Below are positions 39,549 through 47,185 of a DNA stretch of 64,000 nucleotides, in pieces; the first letter of the stretch is position 1; each line of letters begins with the position of its first letter. The position numbers were made by a program, and so were the translations under genes. The stretch comes from a virus: IMG/VR virus record IMGVR_UViG_3300035204_001027, positions 1 through 64,000 of that record; one strand, given 5' to 3'. The notes below the pieces were generated by a model, which was not told the DNA's origin, searched no databases, and saw nothing but the letters and a program-made list of their open reading frames with translations.

Positions 39549-39647
39549 ATGAAAGATGATTATAGAGACATTTATTTCGTGATTTGCATCGGTATATTTT
39601 CCTTCCTCGCTATTCTAGCAACAGGAATTTACATCGAGACGCTTTAG
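39549..39647 (+). CDS. 32-aa membrane peptide (not in ORF track)
   Basis: promoter 39515; paralog of 32294-32407. Confidence 0.65.
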   Translation: MKDDYRDIYFVICIGIFSFLAILATGIYIETL

Positions 39648-39757
39648 CCGTTCTTTTTGACTCGGCTCGACCCCTGATTCGGCCCCCGGGGTGCCTGTGA
39701 ATAACTTTTTTTAAAAAACCCCTTGACAAAGGGTCATTTCTGTGGTATATTATACTA

Positions 39758-39922
39758 ATGAAAACGATAAAAAGGTTCAACGACGAATTCAATCGCATGT
39801 TTAACGATGAGATCTTCATGCCGATGATAAAAATTTCAGGTTTACTGATTTTCCTCGCCATTATTTTGGATTTTGGCTTTCAGATGATCGAAGCAATCGA
39901 TATTTTAACGGTGGGACCGTAG
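39758..39922 (+). CDS. 54-aa membrane peptide (not in ORF track)
   Basis: promoter 39723; single TM. Confidence 0.6.
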   Translation: MKTIKRFNDEFNRMFNDEIFMPMIKISGLLIFLAIILDFGFQMIEAIDILTVGP

Positions 39923-40110
39923 ATGTCTCACCCTATATGATAAACTATACTATGTTTGAAGATCAATTAGACGAAAACGAAATTTTAATGCGGAATTTGC
40001 TTGACAAAGTCTGCGAAGGCGTAGAAGTTCCCTCGGATTCAGAAAGTGAAGAGGCGAACGAACTACAAAACGGATAAATCAAAAGATGAAAGAGGGAGAT
40101 TTAAAAAAAA

Positions 40111-40170
40111 ATGTTATTAGCAGTAATTATTCTGGTTTATGTATTCGGCTCGATGACTCAACGACTTTAA
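40111..40170 (+). CDS. 19-aa hydrophobic micropeptide
   Basis: MLLAVIILVYVFGSMTQRL. Confidence 0.4.
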   Translation: MLLAVIILVYVFGSMTQRL

Positions 40171-40367
40171 ATGATAAAAACGACATGACTAAATGAGTTA
40201 AAGTATTCAAGTGGGGGCGTAACCCCCCCCTATTTTTGAAAAAAAACGCTTAAGTTTTACGCTTTTGCGAAGGTGGGGGGGCTATTTATATCTGCCCGAG
40301 ACTTGTCGAAATACCTGTTTTTCATATATCTCTTGTAATATACTGATATAACTGTGTAATCACTTAT

Positions 40368-40598
40368 ATGGAACTTCTATTAGAAGGCTATCCAGTGATC
40401 GTCCATACAGACAAAATGGGTAAGTGGCAAAATGATTTAGTCGAAATTGTAGACGCTGCTGAAGATCTATCCTCCTCGCACTATAAGTACATTATCAATT
40501 ACCTTTACTCCGAGGGGTTCGTACTAGATAGAAGAGTAAATACTCATATCTTAGATAAAAACAACAACATCATTAAAACATATACAGGATTGGAATAA
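40368..40598 (+). CDS. hypothetical protein
   Basis: first gene after GTGTAA motif at 40354. Confidence 0.65.
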   Translation: MELLLEGYPVIVHTDKMGKWQNDLVEIVDAAEDLSSSHYKYIINYLYSEGFVLDRRVNTHILDKNNNIIKTYTGLE

Positions 40599-40600
40599 AT

Positions 40601-41368
40601 ATGCCGAGAAGAAAGAAAAAAGATGAATTAGCGAAGGAAGAAGCGATAAAGGAAATAGAAGAAGCTTTAACACCTGAATGGTCGAATCCAAACCCGATCA
40701 AGAGTTTAATAAAACTTAAAAATTTTACTTGGACTAAAAAACAAAAAGACTTTTTTAGAATAGCTCTTCACCCAGATACTAAAATAATGTTTGTCAATGG
40801 GCCAGCTGGAACTAGTAAAACTTTTCTATCCACATATTGCGGTTTACAATTACTCAATATGAAAGCGGTTTCAGATATAATGTACCTTAGATCTGCTGTG
40901 GAATCTTCCGATAGGAGCTTGGGTTTTCTACCGGGATCGGCTGACGACAAATTAAAATTCTACAATTTGCCCTTCTTAGACAAATTAGATGAATTACTAG
41001 TAAATACGCGGCCAGAAAAACTTGAAGAACAAAAAAGAGTAAGTATGTTTCCTGTGAATTTCGCAAGAGGGATGAATTGGATATCAAAATGCATAATTCT
41101 CGATGAATCTCAAAACTGCACGGAGAAAGAAATCACAACCGTCTTAACTAGAATGGGTAAAGGTAGTAGAGCGTTCGTTTTAGCAGACCCCATGCAAACA
41201 GATATAAGAACAGAAAGCAAGCAGGGGTCTTTTGAGAAAATGGTATCTACATTTAATGACCAAGAAAGTAGAGACAAGGGGATATATACCTTCACATTTG
41301 ATGAAGATGACATTATGAGGTCAGAATTAATAAAATTTTTAATAAAAAGACTAAATTCTGTAAGATAA
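40601..41368 (+). CDS. phoH: PhoH family ATPase
   Basis: GPAGTSKT, LGFLPG, ARGMN, ILDESQN, LTRMG, QTD, DIMRS. Confidence 0.92.
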   Translation: MPRRKKKDELAKEEAIKEIEEALTPEWSNPNPIKSLIKLKNFTWTKKQKDFFRIALHPDTKIMFVNGPAGTSKTFLSTYCGLQLLNMKAVSDIMYLRSAVESSDRSLGFLPGSADDKLKFYNLPFLDKLDELLVNTRPEKLEEQKRVSMFPVNFARGMNWISKCIILDESQNCTEKEITTVLTRMGKGSRAFVLADPMQTDIRTESKQGSFEKMVSTFNDQESRDKGIYTFTFDEDDIMRSELIKFLIKRLNSVR

Positions 41369-41387
41369 TAAGGAGAAGTAATACAAA

Positions 41388-42134
41388 ATGAGTGAAGAAA
41401 AAAAATCGAAAGCAGAGCTAGCCGCTGAAATTGCCGCAAAAGAAGCCGAAACTCGGAAATCTTTAGCAGAAGCAGCAAAAATCGAAGCGGAGACCGAAAA
41501 AGTAAAAGCAGAAGCTGGGAAAGCGCAACTTGAGTATCACGCCGAGCACCGAAAAAGAGAAAAAGAAATGGCAACGGACGAAGAAAATCATTTATACAGG
41601 TTTTCTAAAGATGTAAATCATAATTCCGTTACAGCTTGCATGAGCAAATTGACACAATGGCATAGGCAAGATCCTAAATGCGAAATAGAAATCGTTTTCT
41701 CTTCTCCCGGGGGGAGTATTATCGATGGATTTGAATTATTTGACTTCATTCAAGAGCTTAGGGTCTCTCATAGAGTAACGACGGGCTCTTTAGGCATGGC
41801 TGCTTCTATGGCGGGTATTTTGCTCCAAGCTGGAACCCATAGGTGGATTGGTCACCAAGCATGGTTAATGATCCACAGAGCGGCATTTGGGGCCATTGGG
41901 AAGACGTTTGAAGTAGAAGACGAAGTTAAATTAGTAAAAAGAATTGAACAAAGAATTGTAGATATCTTCACATCGAGATCAAAATTAACAAATCAAAAAA
42001 TTAAAAGAAATTGGGATCGTAAAGATTGGTGGATTGATGCAGATGAATGTTTGGATCTTGGACTCGTCGACGAAGTAAGGGCTATGATGCCAGAACACCA
42101 CTTAAGCAGTAAAAAGAAAAAAAGAAAAAAATAA
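41388..42134 (+). CDS. ClpP-like serine protease with N-terminal coiled coil
   Basis: SSPGGS, GMAASMAG catalytic Ser, LMIH, DWWIDADECLDLGLVD. Confidence 0.88.
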   Translation: MSEEKKSKAELAAEIAAKEAETRKSLAEAAKIEAETEKVKAEAGKAQLEYHAEHRKREKEMATDEENHLYRFSKDVNHNSVTACMSKLTQWHRQDPKCEIEIVFSSPGGSIIDGFELFDFIQELRVSHRVTTGSLGMAASMAGILLQAGTHRWIGHQAWLMIHRAAFGAIGKTFEVEDEVKLVKRIEQRIVDIFTSRSKLTNQKIKRNWDRKDWWIDADECLDLGLVDEVRAMMPEHHLSSKKKKRKK

Positions 42135-42547
42135 TGAGTGAGACACATCCGGAAGCATCCCAATATCAAGAATATATGAAAACTTTTCATGAATCAGACA
42201 GACTTGCTCCCGAAGGGGAGCAAAAAATAGCATTAGTAGATATAGATGAGACTATTTGTTTCTATTCTGGCAAGCGTAGATATGATCTAGCTGAACCTCA
42301 TGAAGGTAACGTGGCTAAAATTAACAAAATGTACGATGAAGGCTGGAAAATAATTTATTGGACTGCAAGAGGCGGCTCTAAAAGTTCAAAAGAAGCGGGT
42401 AGATGTTATTATGATTTTACTTGGAAGCAATTAGAATCTTGGGGATGCAAATTCCATGAATTATCTACAGGTACTAAGGGGGATTATATTAAGCCTCCTT
42501 ATGATTTAGTAATAGATGATAAATCTAAAAGAATAGAAGAACTTTAA
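42134..42547 (+). CDS. HAD-family phosphatase
   Basis: VDIDETIC DxD, YWTARG, KPPYDLVIDDK. Confidence 0.85.
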   Translation: MSETHPEASQYQEYMKTFHESDRLAPEGEQKIALVDIDETICFYSGKRRYDLAEPHEGNVAKINKMYDEGWKIIYWTARGGSKSSKEAGRCYYDFTWKQLESWGCKFHELSTGTKGDYIKPPYDLVIDDKSKRIEEL

Positions 42548-42576
42548 AAAGTGTAACATACAGAGGAAAGGAAATT

Positions 42577-42726
42577 ATGAAAAAAATTATTGCATTATTT
42601 TCGTGCATTTTTGTAATCGGCTGCAACTGGGGAAATTCCGGATGTTCGGACTGTTCCTGCGATGCAGGCTGCTGTTCATCCGACAGTTGCTCAGTTGCCG
42701 ATTGCAATTGTGTATGTAAAAAGTAA
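42577..42726 (+). CDS. 49-aa Cys-rich lipoprotein-like peptide (not in ORF track)
   Basis: MKKIIALFSCIFVIGC + NWGNSGCSDCSCDAGCCSSDSCSVADCNCVCKK; AGGAAAGGA upstream. Confidence 0.7.
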   Translation: MKKIIALFSCIFVIGCNWGNSGCSDCSCDAGCCSSDSCSVADCNCVCKK

Positions 42727-42741
42727 CAGAAGCTCGAAGCC

Positions 42742-43050
42742 GTGTGTGAACTTTGCGAGCTAAAAACTATAGAAGAAGAATTCTATAGGGATGACGACTT
42801 TGTGATTATAAGTTGTATGAATTGTCATGTTCCTATGGTGGTACCTTTTGAGCATATTGATCCAAAAGAGGGAGGATCTCCATATTTACGTGAAAAAATG
42901 GAAAATATGTTAATAAAAATTGCTGTAAGATTCTTTAAAGAGAAGGAATTCTTCATAGACAAAGAAGAAAAAACTATATTCGATCATATGCATTGGCACG
43001 CTAGAGAGAAAGGGAAAGATTATGGGAACTTGGAGCTCGGGAATAGGTAA
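42742..43050 (+). CDS. HIT-like protein
   Basis: N-terminal CxxC, DHMHWHAR histidine triad. Confidence 0.6.
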   Translation: MCELCELKTIEEEFYRDDDFVIISCMNCHVPMVVPFEHIDPKEGGSPYLREKMENMLIKIAVRFFKEKEFFIDKEEKTIFDHMHWHAREKGKDYGNLELGNR

Positions 43051-43264
43051 ATTCGTCAAAAAAGATCCAAATCATGGATGTTTATGGAAAAAGATCAAAA
43101 ATTGGTGGTGTTCGGCGGGATTATGTAATTTAAATAAGTGCAAAAGAAAGATACATAAGAAAGCAAACATACCTAATAATTGTAAGAATCCTAAATGTGT
43201 TTGTAAGGGGGATGATGATGATGCTATAAGACAATTTGAAAAAAGATTTTTAGATAAGTCTTAA
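43022..43264 (+). CDS. Cys/Lys-rich hypothetical protein
   Basis: overlapping ORF. Confidence 0.5.
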   Translation: MGTWSSGIGKFVKKDPNHGCLWKKIKNWWCSAGLCNLNKCKRKIHKKANIPNNCKNPKCVCKGDDDDAIRQFEKRFLDKS

Positions 43265-43455
43265 TTTTTAATTTTTTGTATATCGTTGTACGCTTTATGC
43301 GCGGTTTGGTTAATAGCTACAGCCAATTCCCATTCGTGGTCTTTTCCGTAATCCATCTGACGGTGTGCTATAAATTTTAAAGATAGATCTCCTATATTCT
43401 TAAGCTTTTTTTCTAGTTCTTCTAGCTGATTTTTTAGCTCTTGTTTTGCTTTCAT
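43261..43455 (-). CDS. hypothetical protein
   Basis: downstream of 43400-43828 on - strand. Confidence 0.55.
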   Translation of the reverse strand: MKAKQELKNQLEELEKKLKNIGDLSLKFIAHRQMDYGKDHEWELAVAINQTAHKAYNDIQKIKN

Positions 43456-43828
43456 TTTTATCTCCTTTAGGTTTCTCTAATAGCCCCGACTTGTGAGCAT
43501 CTCCTTGTTTGTACTTTCTTCTTTCTAGTTTGCGCCATTTACAATAGCTATATAAAAATCTACTGAGAGTATCTCCAAATTTTTTAATTTGGGCCTCTGA
43601 GGCGTTCCAGAAAAAAGCGTGAGCAACTTCGTGTATTGACGTATTTAATTCTGATTGCTTCGTGAGATATGGGTTTATATATATTTTGGGGCTTTCTGAT
43701 TCTGGATCTTGACATGTACCATCCGCTTCTCCATAATGATGGGAATTGGGTTTCTTAAAGATAATTTCGTATTCTCGGCCTTCAAAATTTTTAAAGGTGA
43801 ACTTACGTCTTTTCTTTCGTCTCGCCAT
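43400..43828 (-). CDS. HExxH metallopeptidase-like protein
   Basis: ELNTSIHEVAHA. Confidence 0.65.
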   Translation of the reverse strand: MARRKKRRKFTFKNFEGREYEIIFKKPNSHHYGEADGTCQDPESESPKIYINPYLTKQSELNTSIHEVAHAFFWNASEAQIKKFGDTLSRFLYSYCKWRKLERRKYKQGDAHKSGLLEKPKGDKNESKTRAKKSARRTRKKA

Positions 43829-44058
43829 TTTTTAAAAAAGTATCATTGTTAATGCATATAGTGAGTGGGTCCGTTCCCAACCCCTAAAGTCAGATAGGCC
43901 CATCCTTTGCCACTAATTGACTATTATATAATCCTTTCGTAACCCTTTCAGCTTTGGCCTCCGGGACGCGATCTGTCTATTCTATTTTACACTGTTGTCT
44001 TTAAATATAAGTATAATTTTATTTTTATTTTGACAAGAATAAGCAGTATAATTAGTGT

Positions 44059-44487
44059 ATGAGAGTTTATTGCCAAAAATGCGGCCAGCCAACCGAGTAT
44101 TCTATACAAGGTGGAAAACCGAAGTTTTGTTCTCACTGCGGGCAATCATATGGAGTCTCAGAATATCATCTAGATGCCACTAAAGGGAGCAAATCTGCTT
44201 CTAAGAGTGCCCCTGAAGAACATAAGCCTATTATACAGCTGGAGGAGGAATTTCCTGATGATGCTGTGTATGTTCCTGATATTTCTAAATTACAAATAGA
44301 TATCGACACCACTCACGAACGACCCCCTCAAATGACGATAGGTGATTTGGCTGGTTCGAAGATTGATGGCGTTAAAGATGAACCCAGACTAGGGACCCCA
44401 GAAAGCAATATGAGCAGCGAAGAATTTTTGCAAAGCTTCCAAAAAGAAGCTGGTTCATTGAGGCCGAAGGGATCTGATAATGGCTAA
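44059..44487 (+). CDS. zinc-ribbon protein
   Basis: YCQKCG...KPKFCSHCG. Confidence 0.75.
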   Translation: MRVYCQKCGQPTEYSIQGGKPKFCSHCGQSYGVSEYHLDATKGSKSASKSAPEEHKPIIQLEEEFPDDAVYVPDISKLQIDIDTTHERPPQMTIGDLAGSKIDGVKDEPRLGTPESNMSSEEFLQSFQKEAGSLRPKGSDNG

Positions 44488-45169
44488 AAAGAAAGCGCCG
44501 AAATACGAAGAGTACAGCGCTGTTATCGATACTGAGATAGCGAAGCGTCGAAGTAAGTGGAATCTCACTGCGTTAGCGTGGATGGACTTTGATGATGTTT
44601 CTCAGATCATTCGAATACATATCCATAAGAAATGGACGTTATACGATTCTTCCAAGCCTATTCTCCCGTGGATCAATCGTATAATCTCCAATCAATTAAA
44701 AAATTTAATTAGAAATCATTACGGTAACTTTTCTAGGCCATGCTTAAAATGTGCAGCGGCCGAGGCAGAAGATTTATGTAATATATACGTTAAACAATGT
44801 TCTACATGTCCACTTTACGCCCATTGGGAAAAATTTAAGAAACGTGCGCACGACACCAAACTAGCTTTACCTTTAGAAAATCACGTGAAAGAAGTATCGA
44901 GCCAATTCGAAGATTCAATAGATATTGAGATGACTGCGGAATACATGCATAAACAGATGGAGAAAATTTTGAAGCCTACAGAATGGAAAATATATGAGGC
45001 CTTGTACATTAAGGGTATAGATGAAAAAAAATTATCAGAGACAATGGGATATTCTAGTTCTGAAAAAAATAGGGGTCCCGGATATAAGCATATAAAAAAT
45101 ATTAAAAAAACTATCATTACAAAAGTCAAAAAGATGTTGGCTAGTGGCGAGATAGACATTTATGGTTAA
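44480..45169 (+). CDS. phage sigma70-family factor with Cys4 insertion (candidate late sigma)
   Basis: region 2-like DFDDVSQ..KKWTLYD..KP..PWINRIISNQLKNLIR; region 4-like LKPTEWKIY...LSETMGY. Confidence 0.7.
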   Translation: MAKKKAPKYEEYSAVIDTEIAKRRSKWNLTALAWMDFDDVSQIIRIHIHKKWTLYDSSKPILPWINRIISNQLKNLIRNHYGNFSRPCLKCAAAEAEDLCNIYVKQCSTCPLYAHWEKFKKRAHDTKLALPLENHVKEVSSQFEDSIDIEMTAEYMHKQMEKILKPTEWKIYEALYIKGIDEKKLSETMGYSSSEKNRGPGYKHIKNIKKTIITKVKKMLASGEIDIYG

Positions 45170-46244
45170 TCATATGAAATTATCAGACGAACAATGTGAA
45201 AAAATTCTGAATGCGTGGAATAAAAACCCACAGGACCCACCAGCTTTATTAAAGTTGATTAGGCTTGCTTTTCCTGATAAAGATGTTGACGGAAGAAGTA
45301 AGGAGGGGAGAGCAGTTAAGGAATTCTTAGCTTTAAACGACCTTAAGGCGCGTGCCGCGCACGAATATAAGCCTAAAGAAAAAATTGAGTTAACCGAGGA
45401 ACAAAAAGAATTTGTAAAAAACAATGTCTCAATGATGAATTGCGTAGAAATGGCTAGAGTGGTTTTTAAAAATGAAGAACTCGGTAATCTACATCAAGAA
45501 ACCAGAACAGTTAATGAATACGCTGATACATTAGGTGGTGTGGAAATTCGATCTTCTCGAGAAGAGAGTGGCGTAGAAGAGTTCAAGCCGATTAGAACTT
45601 TTTACGCTATGTTGAATAAAATTAATAAATATGTCTATGAGGGTATAGATAAAGAGAAAATTACCAATCAACAGAAACGAGAAATAGAAGCTACTATAAA
45701 ATATGTAAATACTTATAGGTTTGGTCACCAGATGAATAGATACAATAATGTTACTGATAGAGATTTATTTGAAAGTAGTTTTGTTAGATATACGTATAAT
45801 AAAGCTGATTTAACACAAGAGGAAGTTGACCAATTTATTGTTCTCTCTGCGGAGGTAGTTATAGCCTCAAACATTCAGGCTAGAGTAGCTCATCTTTCTA
45901 GACTATTAGACGATGTTGCTGAAGATACGGAGGGCCGAAGAATTTCCATGGCTCTAGTAGATGCTATAAATACTGCTCAAACAGAATATAATCAATCAGT
46001 TGCTCGTCAACAAAAATTACTGAGTGATTTAAAAGAAAAACGCAGCGATAGGCTCAAAAACCAAATAAGAGATAATGCCAGTATCTTAAATTTAGTTGAA
46101 ATGTGGAAAAATGAAGAATCTAGGCAGAAGATGATAAAACTCGCCCAACTGCGAAAAAAATCATTAAAAGAAGAAAAAGATAATCTAGAAAATATGGACG
46201 AAATGAAAGCTCGGATCATGGGATTATCGGAGGACGAAATATGA
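45162..46244 (+). CDS. coiled-coil hypothetical protein upstream of terminase
   Basis: 360-aa coupled ORF. Confidence 0.7.
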   Translation: MVNHMKLSDEQCEKILNAWNKNPQDPPALLKLIRLAFPDKDVDGRSKEGRAVKEFLALNDLKARAAHEYKPKEKIELTEEQKEFVKNNVSMMNCVEMARVVFKNEELGNLHQETRTVNEYADTLGGVEIRSSREESGVEEFKPIRTFYAMLNKINKYVYEGIDKEKITNQQKREIEATIKYVNTYRFGHQMNRYNNVTDRDLFESSFVRYTYNKADLTQEEVDQFIVLSAEVVIASNIQARVAHLSRLLDDVAEDTEGRRISMALVDAINTAQTEYNQSVARQQKLLSDLKEKRSDRLKNQIRDNASILNLVEMWKNEESRQKMIKLAQLRKKSLKEEKDNLENMDEMKARIMGLSEDEI

Positions 46245-47185
46245 GTAAGCCAGCAAAATGCAAAGCGTGCGAAAAAGAGTTTGAATCGGAGGGCTCTTTA
46301 CATAAACATCTTAAAGTCCACAAGCTAAGAATGGCTGCGTATTATCAGGAATATTACCCACGTCATGATAAGTATGATGGTAAAATAATTAAATTCAAGT
46401 CTAAACGTTATTATTTTGAAACAGATTTTAACTCTAGACGAAATTTAAAACTATGGCTAACCAAGCAACCAGAAGATATAGCTAAGGCTTATTGTAAGGA
46501 CAAACTGTTAGAACGTATCGAGTTAAAGAATATTGAGTATACCCCTACAGAAGTAGAGTTAAGGAGCCTAATGTCTCCCCCTATTACTTACCTGCATAAA
46601 TTGTTTGGTAATTACTATAATTTTTGTGAAAAGGAACTAGGGCTTAAAAATAAGTATAAAATTTTCCCCAAACATATATATTCGGAAGAGCCCTTAGGTA
46701 AAGGAGAGAAGATATTTGTAGATACCAGAGAGCAAAAACCATTAAGGTTCGATTTACCCATAGAAGTTAAAACTTTAAATTTTGGAGATTATGCATTTAG
46801 CAATGAGGAGAACTCTTGTAATACTTATATAGAGAGAAAATCTATAGGCGACTTCGTAGGAACGTTGAGTGGGGGATACGAAAGATTTGAAAAAGAAATT
46901 ATAAGATCTGTAGAAAATAAGGCTTATTTAATAATTCTAGTAGAAGATGGTTTAGATAATTGTAAATCTTTCAATTACTTACCTCACGTATCTAAAAAAA
47001 TCCGTGCCACTCCTGAATTTGTATTTCATAACGTTAGATCCCTCATTCAAAAATATCCAACTATACAGTTTCTATTCGTTAACGGTAGGAAAGAGGCTAC
47101 TAGAGTAGTACAGCGTATTTTTACATGTAAATGTTTTCATCAAAAAATAGACCTTCAATTAGCATATGATGCTAAAATATTATAA
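46241..47185 (+). CDS. ERCC4/XPF-family nuclease with N-terminal C2H2 finger
   Basis: CKAC...HKHLKVH; VDTREQ, GDY, IERKS..D. Confidence 0.82.
   Translation: MSKPAKCKACEKEFESEGSLHKHLKVHKLRMAAYYQEYYPRHDKYDGKIIKFKSKRYYFETDFNSRRNLKLWLTKQPEDIAKAYCKDKLLERIELKNIEYTPTEVELRSLMSPPITYLHKLFGNYYNFCEKELGLKNKYKIFPKHIYSEEPLGKGEKIFVDTREQKPLRFDLPIEVKTLNFGDYAFSNEENSCNTYIERKSIGDFVGTLSGGYERFEKEIIRSVENKAYLIILVEDGLDNCKSFNYLPHVSKKIRATPEFVFHNVRSLIQKYPTIQFLFVNGRKEATRVVQRIFTCKCFHQKIDLQLAYDAKIL

Larger units (their letters stand above)
31162..39695. repeat. dispersed GC palindrome family, 13 copies (starts 31162, 32217, 34044, 35461, 35899, 36311, 36893, 37222, 37591, 38874, 39180, 39461, 39681)
   Basis: core GGCCCGGGCC, best copy TCAGGGCCCGGGCCCTGA 35899-35916; each lies upstream of a TTGAC promoter. 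Confidence 0.92.
35494..39751 (+). promoter_or_regulatory. 11 near-identical strong promoters (-35 at 35494, 35926, 36346, 36927, 37268, 37643, 37900, 38909, 39205, 39515, 39723)
   Basis: A-tract, CTTGACA-N17-TA(T/C)ATT with GTG(G/T/C) extended -10. Confidence 0.9.

Noticed and set aside
31162-39751. Repeated elements as a CRISPR array or classical integron
   Set aside because: Spacing is irregular (hundreds of bp to kb) and contains genes with their own promoters; no cas genes, no tyrosine recombinase and no attC-type GTTRRRY/RYYYAAC ends seen.
39998-40030. GCTTGACAAA at 40000 as another cassette promoter
   Set aside because: No -10 box at 17-18 bp and it lies inside a small acidic ORF (39952-40077).
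41388-42134. ClpP-like gene as the prohead protease
   Set aside because: It lies with phoH away from head genes, and a better-placed candidate starts at 63133; role left open.
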